Below, piece by piece: positions 24,677 to 35,734 of a stretch of DNA of 54,057 bases; positions within the stretch are counted from its first letter, which is position 1, and every line of letters begins with the position of its first letter. Where the stretch lies: the IMG/VR virus record IMGVR_UViG_3300048597_000056, positions 1-54,057 of that record; one strand, given 5' to 3'. Source of the DNA: a virus. Taxonomy: Duplodnaviria; Caudoviricetes. Both the position numbers and the translations under genes were made by a program. Under the pieces are notes generated by a model, which saw nothing but the letters and a program-made list of their open reading frames with translations, had not been told where the DNA came from and ran no database searches.

Positions 24677-26046
24677 GCGCCCAGGCTCTAACGCCTGACA
24701 GGACAGCGACAAACCGTCTGTACCCGCTTCGCTACCATCCCGAACAGGATAGGCTAAGGAAAAGCTCCGCGCGGTTTGGCGTCGTTCCTTCCGGCCGCCG
24801 TTCCGGTAAGACAGAGCTAGCCAAGCGCAAGGTCGTCATCGAGGCACTTCGGGCTACAGGCTGGGTGGATGCCCGCTATTTCGCAGCCGCCCCGACGCGG
24901 GATCAGGCCAAAGCGATCTATTGGGCCGACCTGAAGGCGATGGTCCCTCGGGTGATGGTGATCAACCGCAGCGAGTCCGAGCTTTCCATGAAGCTTAGGA
25001 ATGGGTCGGAAATCTGCGTAGTCGGAATGGACCGCCCGGAGCGGATCGAGGGAAGACCCTGGAACGGTGGCATTTTGGATGAATATGCCAACATGAAGCC
25101 AGGGGCCTGGGGAGAGAACGTTCGACCTGCCCTGTCGGATAGAAAAGGATGGTGCTGGCTGATCGGCGTGCCAGAGGGACGGAATCATTACTATGATCTG
25201 TGGAAGTACGCCAAGAGCGGTGTAGACGCGGATTGGGATGGATTCCACTGGATAAGTCGAGATATCCTAGACCCAGAAGAGGTTGCCGCGGCAAAACGCC
25301 AACTCGACCCGACTACATTCGAGCAGGAGTACGAGGGTTCGTTTGTCAATTTCACCGGGCGGGCTTACTATCCGTTTGAAGAGCGGTTACATTGCAGGCA
25401 ACTAGCCTACAATCCGGCGGCGCCGTTGAATCTGTGCTTCGACTTCAACGTTGAACCTGGGGTCTGTGCCATCGTGCAAGAGCAGAAAATGCCTGGACAG
25501 TTTGAGCGTGATTCCGGCTTGACGATCAGGCTGGATGCTCCTGTCTTTGGGACCGGTGTGATTGGTGAGGTTCACATCCCGCGAAACTCCAACACACCCG
25601 CTGTCTGCCGCAAGATCATCGCGGATTGGGGCAAGCACACCGGGCCTGTACGTTGTTACGGTGACGCTACGGGCGGGGCTAGGGGCACGGCAAAGGTAGA
25701 CGGTTCGGATTGGGACTTGATTAAGGCCGAGCTCAGGCCGGTTTTCCGTGATCAACTCTCGTTCCGTGTGAAGCGCGCAAATCCTCCAGAACGGGCAAGG
25801 GTCAACGCGATGAACTCTCGCCTCGTCGCAGGGGATGGTGTTATCCGACTGATGGTCGATGGTGCCAAAGCGCCATACGTAGTCAAAGACCTAGAAGGTG
25901 TCAGGCTGCTAGAGGGCGGGTCTGGAGAGATCGACAAAGACGCGACTCCGAGCCTAACCCACATCTCTGATGCATTGGGGTATTACGTCGAGCGCGAATT
26001 CCCGACTACGAAACGCATTGCTACTGTTTCGGACCTGACGATATGA
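24673..26046 (+). CDS. terL: Terminase large subunit
   Basis: GRRSGKT Walker A, ILDE Walker B, QEYEGSF, DFN, HISDALGY. Confidence 0.95.
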   Translation: MSAQALTPDRTATNRLYPLRYHPEQDRLRKSSARFGVVPSGRRSGKTELAKRKVVIEALRATGWVDARYFAAAPTRDQAKAIYWADLKAMVPRVMVINRSESELSMKLRNGSEICVVGMDRPERIEGRPWNGGILDEYANMKPGAWGENVRPALSDRKGWCWLIGVPEGRNHYYDLWKYAKSGVDADWDGFHWISRDILDPEEVAAAKRQLDPTTFEQEYEGSFVNFTGRAYYPFEERLHCRQLAYNPAAPLNLCFDFNVEPGVCAIVQEQKMPGQFERDSGLTIRLDAPVFGTGVIGEVHIPRNSNTPAVCRKIIADWGKHTGPVRCYGDATGGARGTAKVDGSDWDLIKAELRPVFRDQLSFRVKRANPPERARVNAMNSRLVAGDGVIRLMVDGAKAPYVVKDLEGVRLLEGGSGEIDKDATPSLTHISDALGYYVEREFPTTKRIATVSDLTI

Positions 26047-27842
26047 CCAACTCCGTCGCCGATCGCTCGCTGGCCGTCGATGCGATGGTGCCCGATTGGG
26101 CGCTCGCCGCCGCGCTGCTTGGCGGGACGCGCACGATGCGCGCTGCGGGGCAAACCTACCTACCGAAGTGGCCGAAGGAGGACACCGAAGCGTACACGAC
26201 GCGGCTCGGCGTGTCGGTGCTGTTTCCAGCCTACGCACGCACCGTTCAGACGCTCGCGGGCAAGCCGTTCAGCAAGCCGATCACTGTCGGTGAGGACGTG
26301 CCCGCGCGCTTCCTGCCGTGGCTGCAGGACATCGACCTGCAGGGGCGCAATCTCGACACGTTCGCCGCGGACGTGATGAATACGGCGCTCGGCTATGGGC
26401 TGGCCGGCATCCTGATCGACTACCCGCCCGCGATGGGGGTGCGCACGCAGGCCCAGGAACAAGCCGCAGGGCTCCGGCCGTATTGGGTCGAAGTCAAGCC
26501 GCAGCAGATTCTCGGCTGGCGCGCGGCGCGCGTCGATGGCTATTGGAAGTTGCTGCAACTGCGGCTGGCCGAAGTGGTCGAGTTGCCTGATGGTGAATTC
26601 GGCACGGAACTGGTCGAACAAGTGCGAGTGCTGGAGCCTGGCAAGTGGACCACGTACCGCAGCACCGATGCCGGCGCGTGGTCGGTTTTCGAGGAGGGCG
26701 TCACGACGCTCGACATGATCCCGTTCGTTCCGGTCTACGGCGGGCGAACCGGGTTCATGACCGCAACGCCGCCGCTGATTGAAGTGGCGCATCTGAACGT
26801 TGCACATTGGCAATCGGCCAGCGATCAGCAGAACATCCTGCACGTCGCGCGGGTGCCGATCTTGACGGTGACTGGCGTCGATGACCCTGAATGGAAGATG
26901 ACAGTTGGTGCTTCGTCGGCGATCAAGCTGCCGACCGATTCGCAGATGGTTTTCGTTGAGCACTCCGGCGCCGCGATCGGGGCTGGTGCGGATGACCTGA
27001 AGACGCTCGAAGAACGCATGCGGCAAGCTGGTGCCGAACTGCTGGTCATCGCTCCGGGCTACATCACCGCCACGCAGATCAACACCGAGAATGCCGTCGG
27101 CTTGTGCGTCCTGCAGCGCATCACGCAAGGATTCGAGGATGCTCTCGACCAAGCTCTACAGATCACGGCCGATTGGGTGGGCGAACCGACAGGCGGTCAC
27201 GTCACCGTGTTCAACGACTACGGCGCCGCGTCGCTGCAAGAAGCGTCCGCGCAGCTTCTTCTGTCCACGAATCAAGCCGGCAAGCTGAGCGACGAAACGC
27301 TGCACAGCGAGTACCAGCGGCGCGGCATATTGGCCGCTGACCTGTCCTGGGCCGACGAACAGGCGCGCATTGAAGAACAAGGGCCTGCGCTCGGAACAAT
27401 GGGGGCCGCGCCGATGGACGACGCGATTGGAGCGCCGACTGCGCAACCTGTCGCGCCCGCTGCACCGTCTTTTGACATGGACGCGCTTGTGGCCGCTATC
27501 GGTTCGATCACCTTCCCGGCGCCGATCGTGAACATCGAGGCGCAGCCCGCCGCGCTGCCGCCGCAAATCACGGTTGAAGCCCCGACGATCAACGTCACCG
27601 TGCCCGAGCAGCAGCCGCCCGTCGTAAACATCTCACCAGCCGCGATCACAGTCGAGTCGCCGCAGATCACGATGCCGACCATTACGGTCAACGTGCCCGA
27701 ACAAACTGCGCCCGTGGTCAACGTCGAGCCGGCCGCCGTCACTGTGAACGCGCCGCCCGTCAACGTCACGATCGAAAAGGGCGGATCGGTAAAGTTCACC
27801 GAGGACGACGACGGCAACATCACCGGCGCCGTAATGCAATGA
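26043..27842 (+). CDS. Portal protein (DUF4055-type) with long Pro/Val/Thr-rich C-terminal extension
   Basis: Follows TerL; YLPKWPKE, PPLIEVAHLNVAHWQS motifs. Confidence 0.9.
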   Translation: MTNSVADRSLAVDAMVPDWALAAALLGGTRTMRAAGQTYLPKWPKEDTEAYTTRLGVSVLFPAYARTVQTLAGKPFSKPITVGEDVPARFLPWLQDIDLQGRNLDTFAADVMNTALGYGLAGILIDYPPAMGVRTQAQEQAAGLRPYWVEVKPQQILGWRAARVDGYWKLLQLRLAEVVELPDGEFGTELVEQVRVLEPGKWTTYRSTDAGAWSVFEEGVTTLDMIPFVPVYGGRTGFMTATPPLIEVAHLNVAHWQSASDQQNILHVARVPILTVTGVDDPEWKMTVGASSAIKLPTDSQMVFVEHSGAAIGAGADDLKTLEERMRQAGAELLVIAPGYITATQINTENAVGLCVLQRITQGFEDALDQALQITADWVGEPTGGHVTVFNDYGAASLQEASAQLLLSTNQAGKLSDETLHSEYQRRGILAADLSWADEQARIEEQGPALGTMGAAPMDDAIGAPTAQPVAPAAPSFDMDALVAAIGSITFPAPIVNIEAQPAALPPQITVEAPTINVTVPEQQPPVVNISPAAITVESPQITMPTITVNVPEQTAPVVNVEPAAVTVNAPPVNVTIEKGGSVKFTEDDDGNITGAVMQ

Positions 27843-28048
27843 GCGAAATCAAACTCACACCGATGCCTGCCACGCTTTGCGGCGTTGCTGGCCGAATCAG
27901 CGCAGCGGAGAAGGCCGCGCTCGCTGCCAAAGCCACGCCGGCAATCCTGCGCGCCACCATCCAAGTCACTCGCGCCGCGACCGGACAGGTCGAGGAATAC
28001 GAAATCATCGGCACTGCTGCCGAGCTCACTGACACAAAAGGAACCTAG
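27839..28048 (+). CDS. Hypothetical protein
   Basis: ATGA overlap; ATIQVTRAATGQVEEY. Confidence 0.6.
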   Translation: MSEIKLTPMPATLCGVAGRISAAEKAALAAKATPAILRATIQVTRAATGQVEEYEIIGTAAELTDTKGT

Positions 28049-28050
28049 CA

Positions 28051-28437
28051 ATGGCCGTCACTCACCCAGTCGCTTTCCGCAACACCGTCGCTGATCTTGT
28101 TGATTCCACCCTGAGCACCGCCGCGCTGCTCAAGTTCCGACTGACCGGCACCGCCGCGTCGCCTGGCACTGCCGCGGCAACGCTCAGCTTCGGCAACCCG
28201 GCATTCGGCGCCGCGGCCAGCGGCATCATTACCGCGAACGCGATCACCAGCGACACAAACGCCACCGGCAACGCCTCGCCCGTCGCCACGGCAACGCTCG
28301 AAACGGGTGGAGGTACGGTCGTCGTGCACTGCGCCGTGGCTGCGTCGGGTTCGGACATCAACCTGACCGGTGGTTTGACCATCGGCGCAGGCGACACGGT
28401 GTCGTGCTCTTCGCTGACTTACGAAGCGATGCCCTGA
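28051..28437 (+). CDS. Small beta-rich virion protein (resembles 47505-47894)
   Basis: AAGGA SD; Ala/Thr/Gly-rich. Confidence 0.75.
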   Translation: MAVTHPVAFRNTVADLVDSTLSTAALLKFRLTGTAASPGTAAATLSFGNPAFGAAASGIITANAITSDTNATGNASPVATATLETGGGTVVVHCAVAASGSDINLTGGLTIGAGDTVSCSSLTYEAMP

Positions 28438-28438
28438 G

Positions 28439-30415
<1,977 letters not shown>

Positions 30416-30424
30416 AGGCTCATC

Positions 30425-30865
30425 ATGTCCGCCTACACCTTCAACCGCCCGAGCGCAGCCCTGAGCACGTCGAACGATCTGGCGACGTTTATCGCAGCGG
30501 CAGGAAAGCCGGTGTCGTTCATGCACATCAAGCTGAAGGGCGCAGGCACAGCGTCGGCGCAGAATGAGGTGGTCTTGTACCGCTCAAGCGGCGGCACCAC
30601 GCCTGGCGGCGCTATCACTCTGCGCCCGGTCAGCAGCGACGGGGCTGCGGCCGGGTGCCTGATGTACACCACATGGAGCGTGCAGCCGACGCTGGGCGTC
30701 GAGGTGTGGCGCTTCTCGCTCAATGCGTTGGCCGATTGGGACGCCTTCACCGCGCTGCCTGGTCTCGAACTGACGCTGCCGTCCGCCGGGCAGTATTCGC
30801 TGCGCAGCGCATCCGGCACCAGCAATGTCGTGCTGACCGGACAACTCTACGAGCATGTGGGCTGA
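30425..30865 (+). CDS. Hypothetical beta-rich virion protein
   Basis: ORF packing and composition. Confidence 0.7.
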   Translation: MSAYTFNRPSAALSTSNDLATFIAAAGKPVSFMHIKLKGAGTASAQNEVVLYRSSGGTTPGGAITLRPVSSDGAAAGCLMYTTWSVQPTLGVEVWRFSLNALADWDAFTALPGLELTLPSAGQYSLRSASGTSNVVLTGQLYEHVG

Positions 30866-30868
30866 CCC

Positions 30869-33616
30869 ATGATCCTGGGCCGCCCGCTCCGTGCCGCGCC
30901 CCGTATGGGGGTGATGCGGGCGCCTGCGCGCATGTCTATGGGTGGAGTGACTGACTCCGATCTGATCCCGGCCGAGCGGCTTGTGGATTGGCATCTTGCC
31001 GGCGTCGATGGCGGAATCGTGGTGCGAACGGTGCTGGCTGAAACCATCTCGACTGCCGGCGGCAACGACTCCGCCAGCAACACGACGACGATTCAGAATG
31101 CAATCGACGCCGCACCTTCAGGCAGTGTGGTTCTGATCCCGCCAGGAATCTACCGCACATCTGCGCTGAATATGAAGTCGGGCGTCACGCTGCGCGGCGT
31201 AGGAGACTTCTGCAAGAGCACGTCCAGCGTGGCTATCGGCACGGGCACCAAGACGTTTACCGTGCCTGCGGGCCTGGGCTATGTGGCAGGTGTTCAAGTT
31301 CGCGTGTACCGGCCTGGGGATCGCGGCTACTACATGCAGGGGTCGGTGACGACCTACAGCGGAACGACCCTGACGCTGAACATCGCCAGCAGCAACGGCA
31401 GCGGCACTTACGCCGATTGGCGAATTACTCTGACGGTGCTCAAGACAGTATCCGGCGGCGGGTCGAACGGCCTTATCAACTTCGGCACGTCGGGCGTTTC
31501 GTCGCCAACCGTAGGTACAAACAAGGTCATCGACAGCGGCGCCACGGCGGGGTCAACTTCGCTAGTCACCACGTCGGCCGGGCCAACGGTCACGGTGGGC
31601 CAGTTCCTCGTCATCAGCGAAACCAACAACGCCGAGGTGGCGCTGTGGGGGGCGTCCAATTCTTCGCCCGGCGCCACATGGGCGGACGGGTGGAACACCA
31701 GTGGAGGCAGGGCGCGCGGGCAGATCGTGGAGGTGACAGGAGTCACCGGCACCACGACGCAGACGCTGACCATCGAGCCGGCGCTATACACCGACTACCC
31801 GAATACCTGCTGGGCAACACCATTCTCTGCCTCCATGAGCTATGCCGGCCTGGAGCACATGCAGCTGTTCGCGGACTCTGCGGACTCGCATGTAGCCCTG
31901 GTGATGATGCGCAAGGCCGCGAATTGCTGGGTCACGGGGGTAGATTTCGACTTTGCCACCCGTGACCACATCGAGATTGAATGGAGCTACCGCTGCGAGG
32001 TCCGTAACTGCCACTTCTACGACCGATTCGCCACGGACAGCAACTACCCCGGCTTGATCGCTGTTCGGTACAAGTCTTCACTGTGCCGGGTCGAGAACAA
32101 CATCATGGAGCGGCTGCAAAGCTCGATCATGTTGGAGTGGGGCGCGGCTGGCAACGTGGTCGCGTTCAACTATGTTTTCGATGGCTATAACCCATCCGTG
32201 AGGTCGTTCCTCATGCGCGGTGTGGACATGAACCACGGGGCACATCCGCAGTTCAACCTTGCCGAGGGCAACATAGCCAACAAGGTCTGCGCCGATTCCA
32301 CCTGGGGCACATCGAGCGATTCGCTGATCTACCGCAATGCAATCTTCGGCTTTGAGCAAAGTCGCGGCCCGAATAACAGCCGGACGGTAGACGCCACGAC
32401 ATACAACGAAACACAGGTCAATTACGCCATCGACCTTTGGGAAGGGCAGATTCGTTACTCGGCCCTGGGCAACGTCATCGGCAACACTGGCAATTGGGCG
32501 TCAAGGACAAAGGTTCGCAAGCCCACCTACCCGACTGATTTCGACTACGACACTACGGTGCTGTGCATCGCGCTCGGCAAAGACTCGGACGGACTTGCAC
32601 ACACGCCGATCCTGACTAGCCCGCTGGCGACGTTCATCGACCACGGCAACTATGACGTGGTGACGGCAGGGCAATTGTGGGACGGCAGCATATCCAACCA
32701 GACGCTGCCCAACTCCTACGCCTACGCGGCCAAGCCTTCATGGTGGGACGACAACGTGACGTGGCCGCCGATCAACCCGGCGTCGCCTGGCACTCTGGCA
32801 AACGCCACGAATCCAGCTCGCTACAGGTACGACAACGGCATCAGCGCGGCGCCGTCGATCACCTATGCGAACGAAGTTCAGTCCGTTGGCGATTTTGAGG
32901 TGCAAAGCGACGGCACGACCATTTCGCGCGCTATCGCTGAAACGGTCTTCAAGGGCTTGAATGCGGCGACGTGGGACACATCCGCCGGAAACAGCAGTTT
33001 CTCAGGTGTGGAAACGTCAACCCTGTTTATCGAGGCGGACGCAGCCCACGACCCCGATCAAAGCCTAATTGCCGATGGCAGCAGCATCGCGCGACCCGGC
33101 GGGTTTGGTATGCGCGTGGTTCAGTCGGATGATGCAAACCTGATCTTGCCATTTACTCACACGTCGGCCCCGAGCGTGGGGTTCCACTTCCGCTGGAACG
33201 GATCGCAGATAAACAGCAGTCCGCGCGACGTTGCCGGCTGGCATAACGCACAAGGGTTCTATGAATATCTGCAGGTTTACGACGGATCGACACCGTACTT
33301 TCATACGCACTACCAAGGTGTGGGCTACGTTGGCGGCAGCGGATCTAACGTAAATTTTGCCAAAAGCCATTGGTATTGGGTTGAGATGTCTTGGGTTGCT
33401 GGTGGAGCAACGTTTTCTATTAGTTTCTACGATGCTGAATCTGGATATTCATTGGTCGGCACGTCTACGAATACTATGGCATCCGGGTCAATGAGTCTGC
33501 CAACTTACTTTTTGATTGGGTGCATCAAATACAGCAGCGGCGGGTCACAGACATTTGACTTCGACAACATCATCTACAACGCCGATGGCAGTTCACTGCC
33601 AAGGCCAACGGCTTAA
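30869..33616 (+). CDS. Tailspike/depolymerase-like protein (pectin-lyase beta-helix plus C-terminal lectin-like domain)
   Basis: TTTIQNAIDAAPSGSVVLIPPGIY start motif; repeated VENN/GNVVAFNY/AEGN beta-helix rungs. Confidence 0.75.
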   Translation: MILGRPLRAAPRMGVMRAPARMSMGGVTDSDLIPAERLVDWHLAGVDGGIVVRTVLAETISTAGGNDSASNTTTIQNAIDAAPSGSVVLIPPGIYRTSALNMKSGVTLRGVGDFCKSTSSVAIGTGTKTFTVPAGLGYVAGVQVRVYRPGDRGYYMQGSVTTYSGTTLTLNIASSNGSGTYADWRITLTVLKTVSGGGSNGLINFGTSGVSSPTVGTNKVIDSGATAGSTSLVTTSAGPTVTVGQFLVISETNNAEVALWGASNSSPGATWADGWNTSGGRARGQIVEVTGVTGTTTQTLTIEPALYTDYPNTCWATPFSASMSYAGLEHMQLFADSADSHVALVMMRKAANCWVTGVDFDFATRDHIEIEWSYRCEVRNCHFYDRFATDSNYPGLIAVRYKSSLCRVENNIMERLQSSIMLEWGAAGNVVAFNYVFDGYNPSVRSFLMRGVDMNHGAHPQFNLAEGNIANKVCADSTWGTSSDSLIYRNAIFGFEQSRGPNNSRTVDATTYNETQVNYAIDLWEGQIRYSALGNVIGNTGNWASRTKVRKPTYPTDFDYDTTVLCIALGKDSDGLAHTPILTSPLATFIDHGNYDVVTAGQLWDGSISNQTLPNSYAYAAKPSWWDDNVTWPPINPASPGTLANATNPARYRYDNGISAAPSITYANEVQSVGDFEVQSDGTTISRAIAETVFKGLNAATWDTSAGNSSFSGVETSTLFIEADAAHDPDQSLIADGSSIARPGGFGMRVVQSDDANLILPFTHTSAPSVGFHFRWNGSQINSSPRDVAGWHNAQGFYEYLQVYDGSTPYFHTHYQGVGYVGGSGSNVNFAKSHWYWVEMSWVAGGATFSISFYDAESGYSLVGTSTNTMASGSMSLPTYFLIGCIKYSSGGSQTFDFDNIIYNADGSSLPRPTA

Positions 33617-33624
33617 CGCAAAAC

Positions 33625-34335
33625 ATGGCATACGCGTTCGTACAGCAGAAGGCCAACGATGGGGTCGTCGCAACAGGCGTTGGAAGCGTTGCAAGCGGGG
33701 CATTTGGGTCATCGCTGACTGCAGGTAATCTGCTTGTCTGTTTTGTCTGGTTCCAAAGACCCTCAGCGACAACTGTAACTCTGTCAGGGGCGGGTAGCCC
33801 GACGTGGAACGAAGAAACATCCAATGTAGACGGAGTGAATATGTTGCACTCGTTCTACGCGATGAACATTGGCGGCGGAACCACGACGCAACTGACTGCG
33901 ACTTTTGGTGCAAACGTAGACTACCCAAGTATCTATGTCGCAGAGTATTCTGGGTTTAAAACATCGGCAGCAAGACTGGCGTTTGCGTCAAATTATCAAG
34001 CGGCTCCAGGCACATCGACGGATGCGGTGACATCAGGGCTTCTTGGCACTTTGGCTGCGCAGCCAGCAGGAATCGTTGGGTTCACGCTCAACATCAACAA
34101 CGACACTACGCCAAGCGCAGGAACTGGATTCACCGCGCTGACCCCGGTGATTTCGTATGGACTCACGGTTGGTGGCCGCCCGCAACACAAGCGCGTGACG
34201 GCAACTACATCGGTTGCTGCGACGTGGACGGCAGGAAGTAACCAGACCCACCACACGCACGCATGGGCCTTTGAGGAAGCCTCCAGCGGATCATCCATCG
34301 CTCACACCCGACTTTCACTTCTAGGAGTAGGCTAA
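33625..34335 (+). CDS. Hypothetical beta-rich virion/adhesin-like protein
   Basis: TAGNLLV, VAEYSG motifs; C-terminal LSLLGVG anchor-like tail. Confidence 0.7.
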   Translation: MAYAFVQQKANDGVVATGVGSVASGAFGSSLTAGNLLVCFVWFQRPSATTVTLSGAGSPTWNEETSNVDGVNMLHSFYAMNIGGGTTTQLTATFGANVDYPSIYVAEYSGFKTSAARLAFASNYQAAPGTSTDAVTSGLLGTLAAQPAGIVGFTLNINNDTTPSAGTGFTALTPVISYGLTVGGRPQHKRVTATTSVAATWTAGSNQTHHTHAWAFEEASSGSSIAHTRLSLLGVG

Positions 34336-34857
34336 ATGGCTGACAACTTCGTAGCAAATGCCGGCTCCGGCGGCAGCACATTCGCGTCTGATGATATCAG
34401 TTCGGTGCAGTTCCCGCGCCTCAAGCTCACGCTTGGTGCGGATGGCGTCAACGACGGTGACCTATCGCTTACAAATCCGGCGCCGGTGCGCGTGGTGCCG
34501 ATGGCGGCGGATGGCAGCGACATCTTCCGCTCGCTCGATCTCGACGAGTCCGAAGAAGAAGTCAAGTCCAGCGCCGGCTGCGTCTACGGCTTGTGGTTCA
34601 GCAACACGGCCACGGCAACGCGGTTCCTCAAGTTCTACAACGCGACGGCCGCGAGTGTCACGGTGGGCACGACGACACCTGTCCTGACCATCGCCCTTCC
34701 TGGCAACACCAGCGACGACATCAGCGGCGTTTTTAGCATCGCGCAGGGCATCAAGTTTTCTACCGCCATCTGCGTCGCGGCGACGACTGGCGTTGCGGAC
34801 AACGACACGGGCGCACCGGCCGCGAATGACGTGATCGTGAACATCTTCTACAAGTGA
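34336..34857 (+). CDS. Hypothetical virion protein
   Basis: AGGAG SD; RFLKFYNA...VGTTTPV motif. Confidence 0.75.
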   Translation: MADNFVANAGSGGSTFASDDISSVQFPRLKLTLGADGVNDGDLSLTNPAPVRVVPMAADGSDIFRSLDLDESEEEVKSSAGCVYGLWFSNTATATRFLKFYNATAASVTVGTTTPVLTIALPGNTSDDISGVFSIAQGIKFSTAICVAATTGVADNDTGAPAANDVIVNIFYK

Positions 34858-34864
34858 TGCGGCC

Positions 34865-35725
34865 ATGATTCTGCTGACGTCAACGAGCGACCTGCTCAGA
34901 GTGGTCACGTCGAGCACATCTAATTTGGATGTGCAGGTGTCGGCGATGGACATGGAGCCCTCCGGCTCCGGCCGCCCTACGGGCTATCGTCTGAATACGC
35001 AGGTCAGTTCAGCCACCACAACGAACATCTGCGGCAATCCAGCTTCAGGTTTCATACGCACCGTCAAAACCGCATCGCTTCGGAACAAGGGCTCAAGCGC
35101 AAACATCGTGACGGTTGTTCACACAGACGGAACGACAGCGGTGGAAGTCATCGAGGCCACACTAGCCGCCGATTGTTCGCTGCTTTATCACGAGGGGGCT
35201 GGCTGGTGGGTCACGGACAACCAGGGCCGCGCGGTGGTGCAGAACATGCCCAACGCCGGCACGGTAGTTTCCGACGCAGACACGATCACGCGACTTACTG
35301 GTGACGTAACCAACAACAATGCCAGCGCGAACACAATCGCGGATGTAACGGGTCTATCGTTCAGCGTGACCAGCGCCAAGCTGTATTGGTTTCAGTTCAA
35401 CATCGTCTATACGGCAGCCGCCACAACCACTGGCTCTCGCTGGTCAATCAGCGGACCGGCGTCGCCGACTCATCTGGACTACACAAGCGAATACTCGTTG
35501 ACCACCACCACAACGACGCGGAACGCACTGCTGCAGGCGTATGACGTGCCAGCGGGCGCCAACGCCACCAGCGCCGCGACCGGCAACAACTGGGCTCGCA
35601 TTGAAGGCGTGATTCAGCCCAGCGCTGACGGAACGGTGATCGCGCGCTTCGCGTCCGAAGTGAGTAGTTCCGCCGTCGTCGCCAAGGTCAACAGCTTCGT
35701 CCGGTATCGGCAGATCACCCCGTAA
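34865..35725 (+). CDS. Hypothetical virion protein
   Basis: MILLTSTSDLLRVVT; DVTGLSFSV motif. Confidence 0.75.
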   Translation: MILLTSTSDLLRVVTSSTSNLDVQVSAMDMEPSGSGRPTGYRLNTQVSSATTTNICGNPASGFIRTVKTASLRNKGSSANIVTVVHTDGTTAVEVIEATLAADCSLLYHEGAGWWVTDNQGRAVVQNMPNAGTVVSDADTITRLTGDVTNNNASANTIADVTGLSFSVTSAKLYWFQFNIVYTAAATTTGSRWSISGPASPTHLDYTSEYSLTTTTTTRNALLQAYDVPAGANATSAATGNNWARIEGVIQPSADGTVIARFASEVSSSAVVAKVNSFVRYRQITP

Positions 35726-35734
35726 CACCGCATC

